Shown here one piece after another: positions 49,972 to 60,465 of a stretch of DNA of 64,000 nucleotides. The translations under genes and the position numbers were made by a program. Positions within the stretch are counted from its first letter, which is position 1. Every line of letters starts with the position of its first letter. Source of the stretch: a candidate division WOR-3 bacterium (GTDB lineage: Bacteria > Hydrothermota > Tepidihabitantia > Tepidihabitantales > Tepidihabitantaceae). The notes beneath the pieces are model-generated. The model was not told the origin of the DNA. It did no database searches and was given only the letters and a program-made list of their open reading frames with translations. The stretch covers positions 10,748 to 74,747 of the forward strand of contig CBFGKH010000011.1 in assembly GCA_965649295.1 (NCBI GenBank), read 5' to 3'.

Positions 49972-50769
49972 GTGACCGCTAAGTTGGATTCGGACCGGCT
50001 GGTGATTCTTGGCTCAGGAGGAGCAAGGATTGTTGTTGCTCGTCAACTGCGGGCCAGTGGCGGTCTCTGGTTCTCGCTGAACGGTACCAAGTTCCTTGTT
50101 GATCCAGGACCAGGTGCGTTGGTCAGAATGACCGGCAGTCGGCACGGGCTGCGACCGACCGAACTCGCAGGTATCCTACTGTCGCACCGGCATCTTGACC
50201 ATGCCGGCGATGTAAACAACATGATTGAGGCAATGACTCTGGGCGGGACTAGTCCCCGCGGCAGGCTCTATGCTCCGACCGATGCGTTGGAAGGAGAGGA
50301 TGCGGTTGTCCTCCGCTATCTACGTAGTTTCCTAGAGGAGGTTGTGCCGCTTCGTGAAGGAGGGAAGTATCGGCTGGGGACAATTGAGTTCACCACGCCG
50401 GTTCGGCACCGTCACCGCGGTGAAGTCTATGGGTTTCGATTTAGCGCACCAGGGCTGAGCGTTGCTTACATTGCTGACACGAGTCCATTTCCGGAACTGG
50501 CGACCGCTTATCGGGCTGACGTTGTTCTGCTCAACGTGGTTCGAACCGAGCGACTGGAACTTGACCATCTTGATGTACCGAGTGCGACCGAGCTCATCCG
50601 TCAGCTTCAGCCAAGGCTGGCCATTATTACCCATTTTGGGATGCAGGTCATCCGGGCCAAACCATGGGAGGTGGCAGCGGCGATGAGTAGGGCAAGCGGT
50701 TGTGTGGTAAGGGCGGCGAGCGACGGTATGCTCGTTGATCTGAGCGAGTATCGGCACGAAGGCTTGTGA
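49972..50769 (+). CDS. MBL-fold metallo-hydrolase
   Basis: LGSGGAR, VDPGPG, SHRHLDH, ADT and THFG; start reassigned to GTG 49972, just after TTGACA-16-TATGGT. Confidence 0.85.
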   Translation: MTAKLDSDRLVILGSGGARIVVARQLRASGGLWFSLNGTKFLVDPGPGALVRMTGSRHGLRPTELAGILLSHRHLDHAGDVNNMIEAMTLGGTSPRGRLYAPTDALEGEDAVVLRYLRSFLEEVVPLREGGKYRLGTIEFTTPVRHRHRGEVYGFRFSAPGLSVAYIADTSPFPELATAYRADVVLLNVVRTERLELDHLDVPSATELIRQLQPRLAIITHFGMQVIRAKPWEVAAAMSRASGCVVRAASDGMLVDLSEYRHEGL

Positions 50770-50792
50770 ATAGTGGCCCGCGCTAGTCTATC

Positions 50793-52409
50793 ATGGCCGA
50801 GGTGATGCGTAGGCCGGTGCGGTTACTGCCCGATGATGTTGTACGCCGGATTGCTGCCGGTGAGGTAATCGTCCGTCCGGCGAGTGCGGTCAAGGAGTTG
50901 ATTGAGAATGCCCTTGATGCCGGCGCGAGTTCGATCCGAATCGAAATCAAGGCCGGCGGCAGGAACCTGATTCGAGTTTCAGACAACGGTTGTGGAATGG
51001 TGCGTGAAGACGCGCGGCTGGCAGTCGCGAGGCACGCCACAAGCAAGCTGATGCTGGTCGAAGACTTGACCAGGATTCAAAGCTACGGTTTTCGCGGCGA
51101 AGCGCTGGCCGCTATTGCGGCAGTTAGTCGGCTGACGCTTGAGACTAATGCCGACGACTCGGGGCCGGGTACGGCGATAGATGTGGAAGGTGGAGAAATC
51201 AAGGCGGTGCGTGAAATAGCTCGGGCTCAGGGGACGACCGTGACCTGCCGCATGCTTTTCTACAACCTGCCGGTGCGGCGGGCCTTTCTTAAGTCAGAAT
51301 CCTACGAGACAAAGCTTGTAACCGAGGTTGTGCGCAGTTATGCGATCGCCTATCCGCAGGTCGGTTTTGAGTTTCTGGCCGACGAAAGGTTAGTCGCTAA
51401 GCTCGGACCGGTGGCCAATACTCGCCAGCGGCTAGCGGCGCTTCTGGAGAAACGGGTGGTCGAGAGTCTCGTCGAGGTGAAGGTTGACAATCCACTACTG
51501 ACCCTGCGGGGATTCTGTGCTGATCCGAGTCAGGCGCGGGGTTACTATGATGTACAGGCGGTCTATTTCAACCGCCGGCCTGTTCGTAGCACAACTGTGG
51601 TTCGAGCAATTTATGACGGCTACGGCCCAACCCTGGCCAACAACAATCCGAACTTCATTGTTTTCATCGAGACCGATCCGGCGCGGCTTGATGTGAACAT
51701 TCATCCGACAAAACAGGAAGTCAGGTTTGTTGACGAGCGGTTTCTCTTTGACTTTGTTTCAGAGGCGATTCGGCAGGGCCTTGGGATTCAGCGACCAGCC
51801 GGGACCAGTGATGCTGACTTTCTCTATCAACGTGGCTTTGCACCGGAGGATACCGCACCACAGGATTTCTGGCAGCTTCACAATAGCTACATCTTGGCAC
51901 AGGTAGCCTCAGGCTATGTGATTGTTGACCAGCATGCTGCTCACGAAAGGATCATCTACGAGACCGTTGTTGCTGGCCGCGAACGTGCTCAGCCTCAGGG
52001 ATTATTGTTTCCGATTACAGTTGAATTGAGTGCCGATGAGTTTACGGCTTTTGAGCGGGTACAGGAGCGGCTGACCCAGATGGGTATCGAGGCGCGGCCG
52101 TTCGGTGGCACCACCGTGGTTGTCGAGACGGTACCGGCCGGGACATATCTCGGTAAGGACGAGGTGCGTGAGCTTTTCGCCGAGCTGACCAAGGTTGCAG
52201 CCAAGGACGTCAGAATTGAGCACGAGCTTGCCAAACTCGTTGCCTGCAAGGCTGCGGTCAAGGCTGGACAACGGCTGGCAGCGCCAGAAATGGAGTCGCT
52301 CATCAACCGACTCTTTGCCTGTCGAGAGCCGTACTTTTGTCCGCACGGACGACCGGCGATCATTAAAATTGCGGTTGCGGAACTCGATCGTCGCTTTGGG
52401 CGAACCTAA
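50793..52409 (+). CDS. mutL: DNA mismatch repair endonuclease MutL (short linker)
   Basis: IAAGEV, KELIENALDAG, HATSK, GFRGEAL, DVNIHP.K, DQHAAHER, ACK and CPHGRP. Confidence 0.95.
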   Translation: MAEVMRRPVRLLPDDVVRRIAAGEVIVRPASAVKELIENALDAGASSIRIEIKAGGRNLIRVSDNGCGMVREDARLAVARHATSKLMLVEDLTRIQSYGFRGEALAAIAAVSRLTLETNADDSGPGTAIDVEGGEIKAVREIARAQGTTVTCRMLFYNLPVRRAFLKSESYETKLVTEVVRSYAIAYPQVGFEFLADERLVAKLGPVANTRQRLAALLEKRVVESLVEVKVDNPLLTLRGFCADPSQARGYYDVQAVYFNRRPVRSTTVVRAIYDGYGPTLANNNPNFIVFIETDPARLDVNIHPTKQEVRFVDERFLFDFVSEAIRQGLGIQRPAGTSDADFLYQRGFAPEDTAPQDFWQLHNSYILAQVASGYVIVDQHAAHERIIYETVVAGRERAQPQGLLFPITVELSADEFTAFERVQERLTQMGIEARPFGGTTVVVETVPAGTYLGKDEVRELFAELTKVAAKDVRIEHELAKLVACKAAVKAGQRLAAPEMESLINRLFACREPYFCPHGRPAIIKIAVAELDRRFGRT

Positions 52410-52424
52410 CAAGTTGAGTCAGTT

Positions 52425-53342
52425 GTGAGGCGGGTGCTGGTTCTCTGTGGGCCAACCGGGGTTGGCAAGACCGACATTGCCGTCGCGTTGGCGCAGCGCC
52501 ACAACCTCGAAATCATCTCGGCTGATTCGCGTCAGGTCTATCAGTTACTTGACATTGGGTCGGCCAAGCCGTCAGTAGCGATTCGTCGCAAGGTTCCGAT
52601 CCACCTTGTGGATGTGGTGCTGCCAGGGCAGGTCTATTCGGCCGCTGACTATGCTCGCGACGCGCTGGCTCTGATGCGGCGTCTGAGCAGTGAAGGCAAG
52701 AGTTTCATCGTTGTCGGCGGAGCGGGTTTCTATCTGCGGGCTTTGTTTCAGCCGTTCTTCGCGGCGCCAAAGCCTGATCCGGCACTGCGGGCCCGGCTGA
52801 TGGCCAAACCGGTTGCCGAGTTATATGCAAGGCTGCAGCAGGTCGATCCCGACCGGGCGGTTAGGCTTCATCCGAATGACCGGCAGCGAATCGTCCGGGC
52901 GTTAGAGCTATACGAGCAGACCGGCAAAACCATGAGTTCGTTCTGCAGAGAAGTGGTACGGTCGGGTGAGTTCTGTCCGGTCTATGTTGTGCTGACGATG
53001 CCACGACAACTACTCTATCAGCGTATCAACGAGCGGTTCGATGCGATGCTGGCGGCTGGTTTGCTCGATGAGGTGCGCCGGTTGGCTGCAGCCGGGTATG
53101 GCAATGCGACTGGTGTGGCTGACGCCTACGGATATGCCGAACTTTTAGAGTATCTTGCTGGCAGGCTTTCACTGGAGCAGGCAGTGGCACAGGCTAAGAC
53201 CAGGACCCGCGCCTATGCCCGACGCCAGCTCACTTGGTTTCGAGCCCTGCCTGGGGCAGAGTGGATAGACGGCAGTGACGTTGAGTCTGCCCTGACACGG
53301 GTTGAAGAGTTACTGCTAGTGCTGCTAGCTGGTTTGACCTAG
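52425..53342 (+). CDS. miaA: tRNA dimethylallyltransferase
   Basis: GPTGVGKT, ADSRQVY, IGSAKP, VGG.G.Y, HPND..R..RALE and YARRQ.TW. Confidence 0.95.
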   Translation: MRRVLVLCGPTGVGKTDIAVALAQRHNLEIISADSRQVYQLLDIGSAKPSVAIRRKVPIHLVDVVLPGQVYSAADYARDALALMRRLSSEGKSFIVVGGAGFYLRALFQPFFAAPKPDPALRARLMAKPVAELYARLQQVDPDRAVRLHPNDRQRIVRALELYEQTGKTMSSFCREVVRSGEFCPVYVVLTMPRQLLYQRINERFDAMLAAGLLDEVRRLAAAGYGNATGVADAYGYAELLEYLAGRLSLEQAVAQAKTRTRAYARRQLTWFRALPGAEWIDGSDVESALTRVEELLLVLLAGLT

Positions 53343-53369
53343 GGCAAGAGGTTGGATATCATTAGCAAA

Positions 53370-53861
53370 GTGTCGCGATGTCACTCGGTTGCACAACCGG
53401 TGGTTTTGGGAGCGGTCTTCGGTAGTAAGGGTCTGCTGCTGATTCAGCGGGCTAGGGCGCCATTTGCCGGGTTGTGGGGAATGCCCGGCGGCAAGGTTCA
53501 GTTTGGTGAGGGTATTGATGAGGCGGTGGAGCGTGAGTTGGCTGAGGAGGCGGGAATCAGGGCCAGATTTGAGGAACTGTGTGGCGTCGTATCAGAACGG
53601 CTTGTTGACGGCCAGCAGTTGCTCCAACACTACATCCTTTTCGTTTGTCGGCTACGTGCTTTGAGTGCGGCGGTACGGCCGTCGGGCGAGGGGATTCTAC
53701 AATGGCTACCGGTGCCGGCGGTGAGATTGTTCAGAGGCGAGATTATTCCCAGTGACCGGTTGATGCTCGAACGACTGGTACTGGGCCAACCACAGCAGCG
53801 CTATTACCGTTGTGTGGTGGCAGTGGTGAAGAACCGTTATCGGGTGAAGAGATTTGGCTAG
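53370..53861 (+). CDS. NUDIX hydrolase
   Basis: Nudix box GGKVQFGEGIDEAVERELAEEAG; probable start GTG 53370 (ORF track gives 53352). Confidence 0.85.
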   Translation: MSRCHSVAQPVVLGAVFGSKGLLLIQRARAPFAGLWGMPGGKVQFGEGIDEAVERELAEEAGIRARFEELCGVVSERLVDGQQLLQHYILFVCRLRALSAAVRPSGEGILQWLPVPAVRLFRGEIIPSDRLMLERLVLGQPQQRYYRCVVAVVKNRYRVKRFG

Positions 53862-53876
53862 AGGAGTATCACTTCT

Positions 53877-55064
53877 ATGCGAACAAGTCTGACTTCGGAG
53901 TCAGTGGCTGAGGGTCATCCGGACAAAGTCTGTGATCAGATATCAGATTCGGTACTCGACGAGGTGCTGCGGCAGGACCCAAGTGCCCGGGTAGCGTGCG
54001 AGACATTTGTTACGGTCGGCACAGTGCTGGTTGGTGGTGAGATAACCACGCGGGCCTGGGTTGACCTACCGGAGCTGGTTCGACGTGTGCTCAGTGAGAT
54101 TGGCTATACCGACGACAGGACCGGGCTTTCTGCGCATAGCTGTGCGGTACTTAATGCGATCGGTCGGCAGTCGCCAGATATCGCTCAGGGCGTTGACAGG
54201 GGTGGTGCTGGTGATCAAGGAGTGATGTTCGGCTACGCTTGCAAGGATACGCCGGAGCTGATGCCTCTGCCAATCATGCTGGCACATCGGTTGGTCCAGC
54301 GGCTGGCTGAGGTGCGCAAGAAGGGAATCCTGCCTTATCTGCGGCCGGACGGAAAATCGCAGGTGACAGTTGAGTATGTCGATGGTGTGCCGGCACGGGT
54401 CGATAGCGTTGTGATTGCTGCTCAACACGACGAGTCAATTCTCGACAAGTCAGGCCGGAACATCACCAAGGTTGCACGGCAGGAGATTATTGACCTGGTC
54501 GCACTGCATGTGGTGCCGCCGCAGTTTGTGGACAAACGAACCAAGTTCTATGTGAACGAGACCGGCAAGTTTGTCATTGGCGGACCGCAGTCCGACACCG
54601 GCGTGACCGGTCGGAAGATTATTGTTGACACATACGGCGGAATTGCTCGTCATGGCGGCGGCGCATTCTCTGGCAAAGACCCAAGCAAGGTTGATCGTTC
54701 GGCTTCCTATATGGCAAGATATGCGGCCAAGAATCTGGTAGCGGCTGGGCTGTGCCGGGAGGTTGAGGTCAGGCTCGCCTATGTCATCGGCCGAGCCGAT
54801 CCGACCGACGTTGCAGTGCAGTCGTTCGGCACCGGACTTCTGCCCGATGACCGGCTGGTCAAGCTTGTCCGCGAGGTATTCCCGTTGCGGCCACGGGAGA
54901 TGATCAGACATCTTAATCTGCGTCAACCAATCTATCGGCCGACAGCTGCCTATGGTCATTTCGGACGTGAATATAGGCGTGTGCGCGGTCCAAAGGGCGA
55001 GCGGATTGAGTTTTTCTCATGGGAGAAGACCGACAAGGCGGCAGAGTTGCGTCGGGCGCTATAG
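53877..55064 (+). CDS. metK: S-adenosylmethionine synthetase
   Basis: SESV.EGHPDK, GAGDQG, PDGKSQV and [15 protein letters not shown]. Confidence 0.97.
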   Translation: MRTSLTSESVAEGHPDKVCDQISDSVLDEVLRQDPSARVACETFVTVGTVLVGGEITTRAWVDLPELVRRVLSEIGYTDDRTGLSAHSCAVLNAIGRQSPDIAQGVDRGGAGDQGVMFGYACKDTPELMPLPIMLAHRLVQRLAEVRKKGILPYLRPDGKSQVTVEYVDGVPARVDSVVIAAQHDESILDKSGRNITKVARQEIIDLVALHVVPPQFVDKRTKFYVNETGKFVIGGPQSDTGVTGRKIIVDTYGGIARHGGGAFSGKDPSKVDRSASYMARYAAKNLVAAGLCREVEVRLAYVIGRADPTDVAVQSFGTGLLPDDRLVKLVREVFPLRPREMIRHLNLRQPIYRPTAAYGHFGREYRRVRGPKGERIEFFSWEKTDKAAELRRAL

Positions 55065-55080
55065 TTAGGAGCTTTTGGTC

Positions 55081-56340
55081 ATGGTAGATTGCGATATCCG
55101 TAACATCAAGTTGGCCGATGCGGGTAAGACCCGAATCGAGTGGGCGGGCCGGTTCATGCCGGTTCTTGCCGCCATTGCCAAGCGTTTTGCCCGGGAGCGG
55201 CCGCTTCGGGGCGTCAGGATGGCCTGCTGTCTGCACGTGACTTCGGAGACTGCTAACCTCGTGCGTACATTGAAAGCCGGTGGCGCGATGGTCAGGCTGT
55301 GTGCATCGAATCCGCTTTCTACGCAGGATGAAGTGGCCGCATCACTGGTGAAGCACGACAAGATACCGGTCTTCGCTATCAAGGGCGAGAACCGCCAGCA
55401 GTATTATCAACACCTTGAGGCAGTACTTGAACACGGGCCGATGGTCACGACCGATGACGGCGCAGACCTAGTCTCGTTGCTGCATAATCGCCAAGGCAAA
55501 CTGCTGGCTGGCGTGATTGGTGGTACTGAGGAGACAACGACTGGCGTCATTCGGCTGAAGAGCATGGAACGCGACGGGGTGCTGGCCTATCCGATTATTG
55601 CCGTCAATGATTCGGAGACGAAGTTCATGTTCGACAACCGCTACGGTACTGGTCAGTCATCACTCGACGGTATCCTGCGGGCTACGAATGTGCTTTTCTC
55701 GGGCTCGACGCTGGTCGTGTGCGGCTATGGTTGGTGTGGTAAGGGTGTGGCAATGCGGGCACGAGGTCTGGGTGCGAGTGTCATCGTCACTGAAGTCAAT
55801 CCGGTGCGAGCTTTGGAAGCGCAGATGGATGGTCTGCGGGTGATGCGGCTAATTGACGCTGCCCGGGTTGGCGACATTTTCATCACGGTTACCGGTGATA
55901 TCAATGTGATTGACCGACAGCACATGCTGGCGATGAAGGACGGCGCGATTATCTGCAACTCCGGTCACTTCGATGCCGAGATTAACAAGGCAGCGCTGGC
56001 CAAGATAACGAGAAAGCGGCGGGAGCTGCGGCCTTTCTGCGTTGAGCACACGCTGATCAACGGCCGGCGGCTGATTCTGCTGGCAGAAGGAAGACTTGTT
56101 AATTTGGCGGCGGCCGAAGGCCATCCGGCGATGGTGATGGATATGTCATTTGCTAATCAGGCGCTGGCTGCTGAGTATATTGTTAAGAATCAGGGCAAGC
56201 TCCAGAAGCGGGTGTACAAGCTACCCGAGGAACTTGATAGGAAGATTGCGCAATTGAAGCTCGATACGCTGGGCGTCCGCATTGACAGGCTTACTGCGGA
56301 GCAGGCAGCGTATCTGGCAAGCTGGCAGCATGGAACCTAA
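55081..56340 (+). CDS. ahcY: Adenosylhomocysteinase
   Basis: [46 protein letters not shown] and GHP..VMD.SF. Confidence 0.97.
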   Translation: MVDCDIRNIKLADAGKTRIEWAGRFMPVLAAIAKRFARERPLRGVRMACCLHVTSETANLVRTLKAGGAMVRLCASNPLSTQDEVAASLVKHDKIPVFAIKGENRQQYYQHLEAVLEHGPMVTTDDGADLVSLLHNRQGKLLAGVIGGTEETTTGVIRLKSMERDGVLAYPIIAVNDSETKFMFDNRYGTGQSSLDGILRATNVLFSGSTLVVCGYGWCGKGVAMRARGLGASVIVTEVNPVRALEAQMDGLRVMRLIDAARVGDIFITVTGDINVIDRQHMLAMKDGAIICNSGHFDAEINKAALAKITRKRRELRPFCVEHTLINGRRLILLAEGRLVNLAAAEGHPAMVMDMSFANQALAAEYIVKNQGKLQKRVYKLPEELDRKIAQLKLDTLGVRIDRLTAEQAAYLASWQHGT

Positions 56341-56522
56341 GTTAGTCGGTCACTGTTCTCGAAAATAGGGGACAGAGCCGACCAGCAGCGGGGTTGGTTT
56401 AGGTGGACGCCGGCTTAACCGGTCGGCAGTATCCGGGGGTCGCGAGATGCTTGGGTCCTGCTGTTCGGGCGGTCACCCCCCGGCCCGGACACGGTTAACC
56501 GGCGTCTGCTGTTTTCTATCGG

Positions 56523-57149
56523 TTAGTAGATAATCGTGATGCCCGAAGGAATGACGCGAAGGCGAACCTGTCGGATGCGGTCTGAGCGCCGGGCATAGCA
56601 GCGGATGCGGTAGCGATAGCCGGTGGCCGGCTCAAACCCAACGATGTCGCGGTCAGAGCGGGCAAGGCCGCGCGATGAACCTTCCCAGACAAAGACAATT
56701 AGCTCAAGGGTCGCCATCGGGTCGTTCTGGAACGACTCTCGGTCTTCGTCCGAGATGCCACGAAAAACGGCGCCCGCAATCTCGACATGCGAATGGAAAC
56801 TGCCGATAAAACGCAGCCGCATCTTTCGGGCCAGTTCGATGCGTCGTCGCGCAACACGACGGACAGCTGCCCAGTCTTTGAATACCACACCGGTACGAGT
56901 CTTGGTTCCGCCGCGGTAGTAGCAGGAGCGCCGGATAATCAGTCGGCCCTGGCGAGTCAGCGTACCGTAGAGAAAACCATAGGTCTCGCGTTTCATTGGG
57001 GTGTTGTAGCCGTTGCGCGCCAGGCGGCAGAGTTCACGAACCGCATCTTCACCGATCAGCACCGGTCCGCGAAAACGAGCGTGATAGCGCCTGACCAACT
57101 GCTGCCATCTCGTGCTATTACGGTTATGCTCGTCTGTTGTCGGCATCAT
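56523..57149 (-). CDS. JAB/MPN (JAMM)-like domain protein
   Basis: ETYGFLYG ... FIGSFHSH-x10-S-x2-D; TTGTCA-16-TACAAT promoter just upstream (start may be 57146). Confidence 0.6.
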   Translation of the reverse strand: MMPTTDEHNRNSTRWQQLVRRYHARFRGPVLIGEDAVRELCRLARNGYNTPMKRETYGFLYGTLTRQGRLIIRRSCYYRGGTKTRTGVVFKDWAAVRRVARRRIELARKMRLRFIGSFHSHVEIAGAVFRGISDEDRESFQNDPMATLELIVFVWEGSSRGLARSDRDIVGFEPATGYRYRIRCYARRSDRIRQVRLRVIPSGITIIY

Positions 57150-57465
57150 GAGATTGTAGTCACTGGCAGGGTGCTGACAACGATGGTTTCATCGTATCTG
57201 TGGTAGGTCGATTGCTCAGCGGTTGGGTTACAGGGACTCGGCGTATGACGCGGGCTCGAGGGATTGCGCACGTCGTACTCTGGCCACACTATGTTATACG
57301 CGTCAGTTGGCGATTCGTTGCAGGAAATACGGCTAGTCAGAGTCAGGCTTGTGCGGCGAGTGACAACCATGTGTACTTTGAAGTATACAGACACAGTGTT
57401 GGGGCTTGATGCTTAAGTGATGGCATCGCAAGCTGTTATGAATAGGCAGCGATTTGCCGCACCCC

Positions 57466-57735
57466 ATCCCGGGGACTGTCCCCGGAGTGGTCTTGAGGGC
57501 CGATGTTCGGAGTGTTTCTCAATCTGTCTTGGTGGCAGATTGTACGAGCGTGGGTAATTGGGCTTTGTTGTGCATTGGGTACGAAGTCTCGTGATGAACC
57601 GGCGAATCGGTCTGTTGGAATCGTCGCGCGACTGCTGCGAGAAGTTCCTGCAGATTGACTTTAACAGTGGCTTTGGTAGTTGGTTGCGAATGCGCATGTG
57701 ACTAGGTTTGGGAATAGGCTAGGGACATTGTTTCC
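57466..57735. repeat. Degenerate tandem tract with 12-nt periodicity (~21 units)
   Basis: Phased units tccccggagtgg tcttgagggccg atgttcggagtg tttctcaatctg tcttggtggcag...; left end resembles the 26644 tract. Confidence 0.5.
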
Positions 57736-57936
57736 GACCGGCCTCGTCAATGAACCCATGGTCGGTCAGTCTGGAGGTACTGGCACTTTGACTGTTAGCG
57801 CTTGACGAGTTGGTCTGGTTTGGGAATATTGGACGGTGCCGGCAGGATGCCCTGTCTGGCTGACCGGTCGCGCAAAGCTTGTGCGGGGTGGTTTAGCCGG
57901 CTGATGGACAGAACTGGTGTTCCAGAAAGGAGCGGA

Positions 57937-58719
57937 ATGGAATTTCGATATTTGCTAGTGAGCAAGGCCGATGGTATCGGCTGGGTGCGGTTCAACCGGC
58001 CGCCAGTGAATGCGCTCAACACGGCCCTCGTGCTCGAGCTGGAACAAGCGATTGACTGGATGGCGGTACAGGATGATGTGTTGGTCATAATTCTTACCGG
58101 TGAGGGTAGAGCGTTTGTTGCCGGTGCTGACATCGCCGAGATGTCGAGCTTTACGCCGTTGCAGGCGAGGGTGTTTGCCCAAAACGGGCACCGGGCGCTG
58201 GGCAAGATTGCTCAAGTCGAAAAGCCGGTGATTGCCGCGGTGAATGGGTTTGCGCTCGGCGGCGGGTGCGAGATCGCTCTGGCCTGTGACATCCGTGTGC
58301 TTGCAGATACGGCCAAGATTGGCCAACCGGAAGTGAACCTTGGTCTCATCCCTGGTTTCGGCGGTACGCAACGGCTGGCAAGACTGGTTGGCCCTGGCAT
58401 TGCCAAAGAGCTGATTATGACCGCAGATACCTTGGATGCAGCCGAGGCCTTTCGGATTGGGCTGGCTAACAAGGTTGTGCTAGCTGATCAGTTGATTCCG
58501 GTCGTCACTGAGATTGCCAAGAAGATAGCGAGCAAGGGTCCAACCGCGGTGCGGTTGGCCAAGACTTGCATCAACCGCGGTCTGGATTGCGACCTCGGTA
58601 CTGGGAACGCATTTGAGATAGAAGCGTTCGGCGTGTGTTTTGCTTCGCAGGAGCCGCGGGAGGGAACCAAGGCTTTTCTCGAAAAGCGCAAGCCGGACTG
58701 GACTAAAACAAAGGAGTAG
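57937..58719 (+). CDS. crt: Enoyl-CoA hydratase (crotonase)
   Basis: Start reassigned to MEFRYL (AAGGAG RBS); NRPP.NAL, FVAGADI, NGFALGGGCE and PEV.LG.IPGFGGTQRL. Confidence 0.88.
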   Translation: MEFRYLLVSKADGIGWVRFNRPPVNALNTALVLELEQAIDWMAVQDDVLVIILTGEGRAFVAGADIAEMSSFTPLQARVFAQNGHRALGKIAQVEKPVIAAVNGFALGGGCEIALACDIRVLADTAKIGQPEVNLGLIPGFGGTQRLARLVGPGIAKELIMTADTLDAAEAFRIGLANKVVLADQLIPVVTEIAKKIASKGPTAVRLAKTCINRGLDCDLGTGNAFEIEAFGVCFASQEPREGTKAFLEKRKPDWTKTKE

Positions 58720-58722
58720 CAG

Positions 58723-59919
58723 ATGACAATCGGCAAAGCAAAGGATACAGTAATTGTCGGCGCAGCGCGAACTGCCATTGGCCGCTTTCTTGGCGGGCTG
58801 GCGGCGCTGCGGGCGCCTGATCTCGGTGCGGCTACAATCAAGGCGGCGGTCGAGCGTTCGGGCATTGATCCGAAGCAGGTTGAAGGTGTGATAATGGGCA
58901 ATGTCTGTCCGGCCGGGATCGGCCAGAACCCGGCGCGGCAGGCGGCAGTTCATGCTGGGCTACCGGTAGAGGTGCCGGCACTGACTGTAAATAAGGTCTG
59001 CGGCTCAGGGATGATTGCGGCTGCACTCGGGTGTCAGATGATCAAGGCCGGTGATGCCAAGCTCGTTGTTGCCGGTGGCCAGGAGTCGATGTCGAACGTG
59101 CCGTATTACTTGAAGAGCTTGCGCAACGGCAACAAGATGGGCGATGTCAAGCTTCAGGACGGAATGATCTATGATGGCATCTGGGACTATTTCGGTGACG
59201 TGCATATGGGCGAGCTTGGTGATTTCACGGCCAAGGAAGCCGGCGTGACGCGAGAAGAGCAGGACAAGTGGGCTGCACGTAGTCACGCCAACGCTGTGGC
59301 GGCAATCAAGGCGGGTAAGTTCAAGGCTGAGATAGTGCCGGTCAAGATTCCCCAGCGCAAGGGTGATCCGATTGTTTTTGATACCGACGAAGGGCCGCGT
59401 GCGGCTACGACGCTTGAAAAGCTCGCCCAGCTCAAGCCGGTATTCACAAAGGACGGCACAGTGACGGCGGGCAATGCTTCGTCGATCAACGACGGTGCGG
59501 CAGCGATGGTGATTGCCGACGCGAGCTATGCCAAGGCCAACGGCCTAAAGCCGCTGGCGCGGATCGTGGCCTATGCCACCGGTACCGTTGAACCGAAGCG
59601 GCTCTTTTTCGCTCCGATTACTGCGGTGCAGAATCTGCTCAAGGTGCAGGGAGTCGGCATTGACCACTTCGACCTGATCGAAATCAACGAGGCTTTCGCG
59701 TCCCAGGTGTTGGCTGATGGTAAGGCCCTGGGCTGGAACTGGGACAGGGTGAACGTCAATGGTGGGGCAATATCGCTTGGTCATCCAATTGGTTGCTCCG
59801 GTGCGCGTATCATTGTATCGTTGGTTTATGCCTTGCAGGATCGAGGGTTGCGGACCGGGCTCGCGACCGCCTGTCTCGGTGGCGGTGAGGCGACGGCTAT
59901 TAGCGTCGAACTGGTTTAG
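58723..59919 (+). CDS. atoB: Acetyl-CoA C-acetyltransferase (canonical thiolase)
   Basis: NKVCGSG (Cys), NEAF, GHPIG and CLGGG all intact. Confidence 0.9.
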   Translation: MTIGKAKDTVIVGAARTAIGRFLGGLAALRAPDLGAATIKAAVERSGIDPKQVEGVIMGNVCPAGIGQNPARQAAVHAGLPVEVPALTVNKVCGSGMIAAALGCQMIKAGDAKLVVAGGQESMSNVPYYLKSLRNGNKMGDVKLQDGMIYDGIWDYFGDVHMGELGDFTAKEAGVTREEQDKWAARSHANAVAAIKAGKFKAEIVPVKIPQRKGDPIVFDTDEGPRAATTLEKLAQLKPVFTKDGTVTAGNASSINDGAAAMVIADASYAKANGLKPLARIVAYATGTVEPKRLFFAPITAVQNLLKVQGVGIDHFDLIEINEAFASQVLADGKALGWNWDRVNVNGGAISLGHPIGCSGARIIVSLVYALQDRGLRTGLATACLGGGEATAISVELV

Positions 59920-60030
59920 TTTTCGGGCCGCTACTTGTTCCGAACGGTGTTTCGGGTCGGGGACTGGTCTGGTTTGTTTTCGTGCCCACCAAGCCGTGCT
60001 GGTTAGCACGGAGTGAGAGCAAGAATAGTA

Positions 60031-60465
60031 ATGACGTATGTTACACGGAGTGCAGCCGAGACCGTTGCACTTGGCCGCGGGTTGGCAACGGTGCTCAAGG
60101 CCGGCGATGTGGTGGCGTTCTATGGTGATCTTGGTGCGGGCAAGACTACGATGATCAAAGGTATCTGTGCGGGGTTGGGTGTTACTGATGTTGTGAAGAG
60201 CCCGTCGTTTGTTATCGCTTCCGAATATCAGGGGCGTTTGCCAATCTACCACATTGATCTATATCGGCTCGATACCAACAGTGATTACTCGTCATTTGGG
60301 TTTGATGACTACTTAGCCGGCGAAGGTGTCTGTTTGATTGAGTGGGCTGAGCGCGCCGAGCAGCGGTTGCCAGCCAGTACTATCCGGGTACGGTTGACGG
60401 TCGTTGGCAGTGAACGGCAGGTCGTGATTGAAGGGCTAGCGGCCGCGGTCGAGCCAGTGGAGTAG
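60031..60465 (+). CDS. tsaE: tRNA threonylcarbamoyladenosine biosynthesis ATPase
   Basis: GDLGAGKT, VKSPSF, YHIDLYRL and LIEWAE. Confidence 0.93.
   Translation: MTYVTRSAAETVALGRGLATVLKAGDVVAFYGDLGAGKTTMIKGICAGLGVTDVVKSPSFVIASEYQGRLPIYHIDLYRLDTNSDYSSFGFDDYLAGEGVCLIEWAERAEQRLPASTIRVRLTVVGSERQVVIEGLAAAVEPVE

Noticed and set aside
53862..55080. SAM/SAH riboswitch for metK-ahcY
   Set aside because: Intergenic gaps are only ~15 nt; no space for an aptamer
57860..57900. c-di-GMP-I riboswitch suggested by CGCAAAGC
   Set aside because: The P1 GGCAAAC/GAAA tetraloop stem is absent; the word falls in a simple hairpin loop
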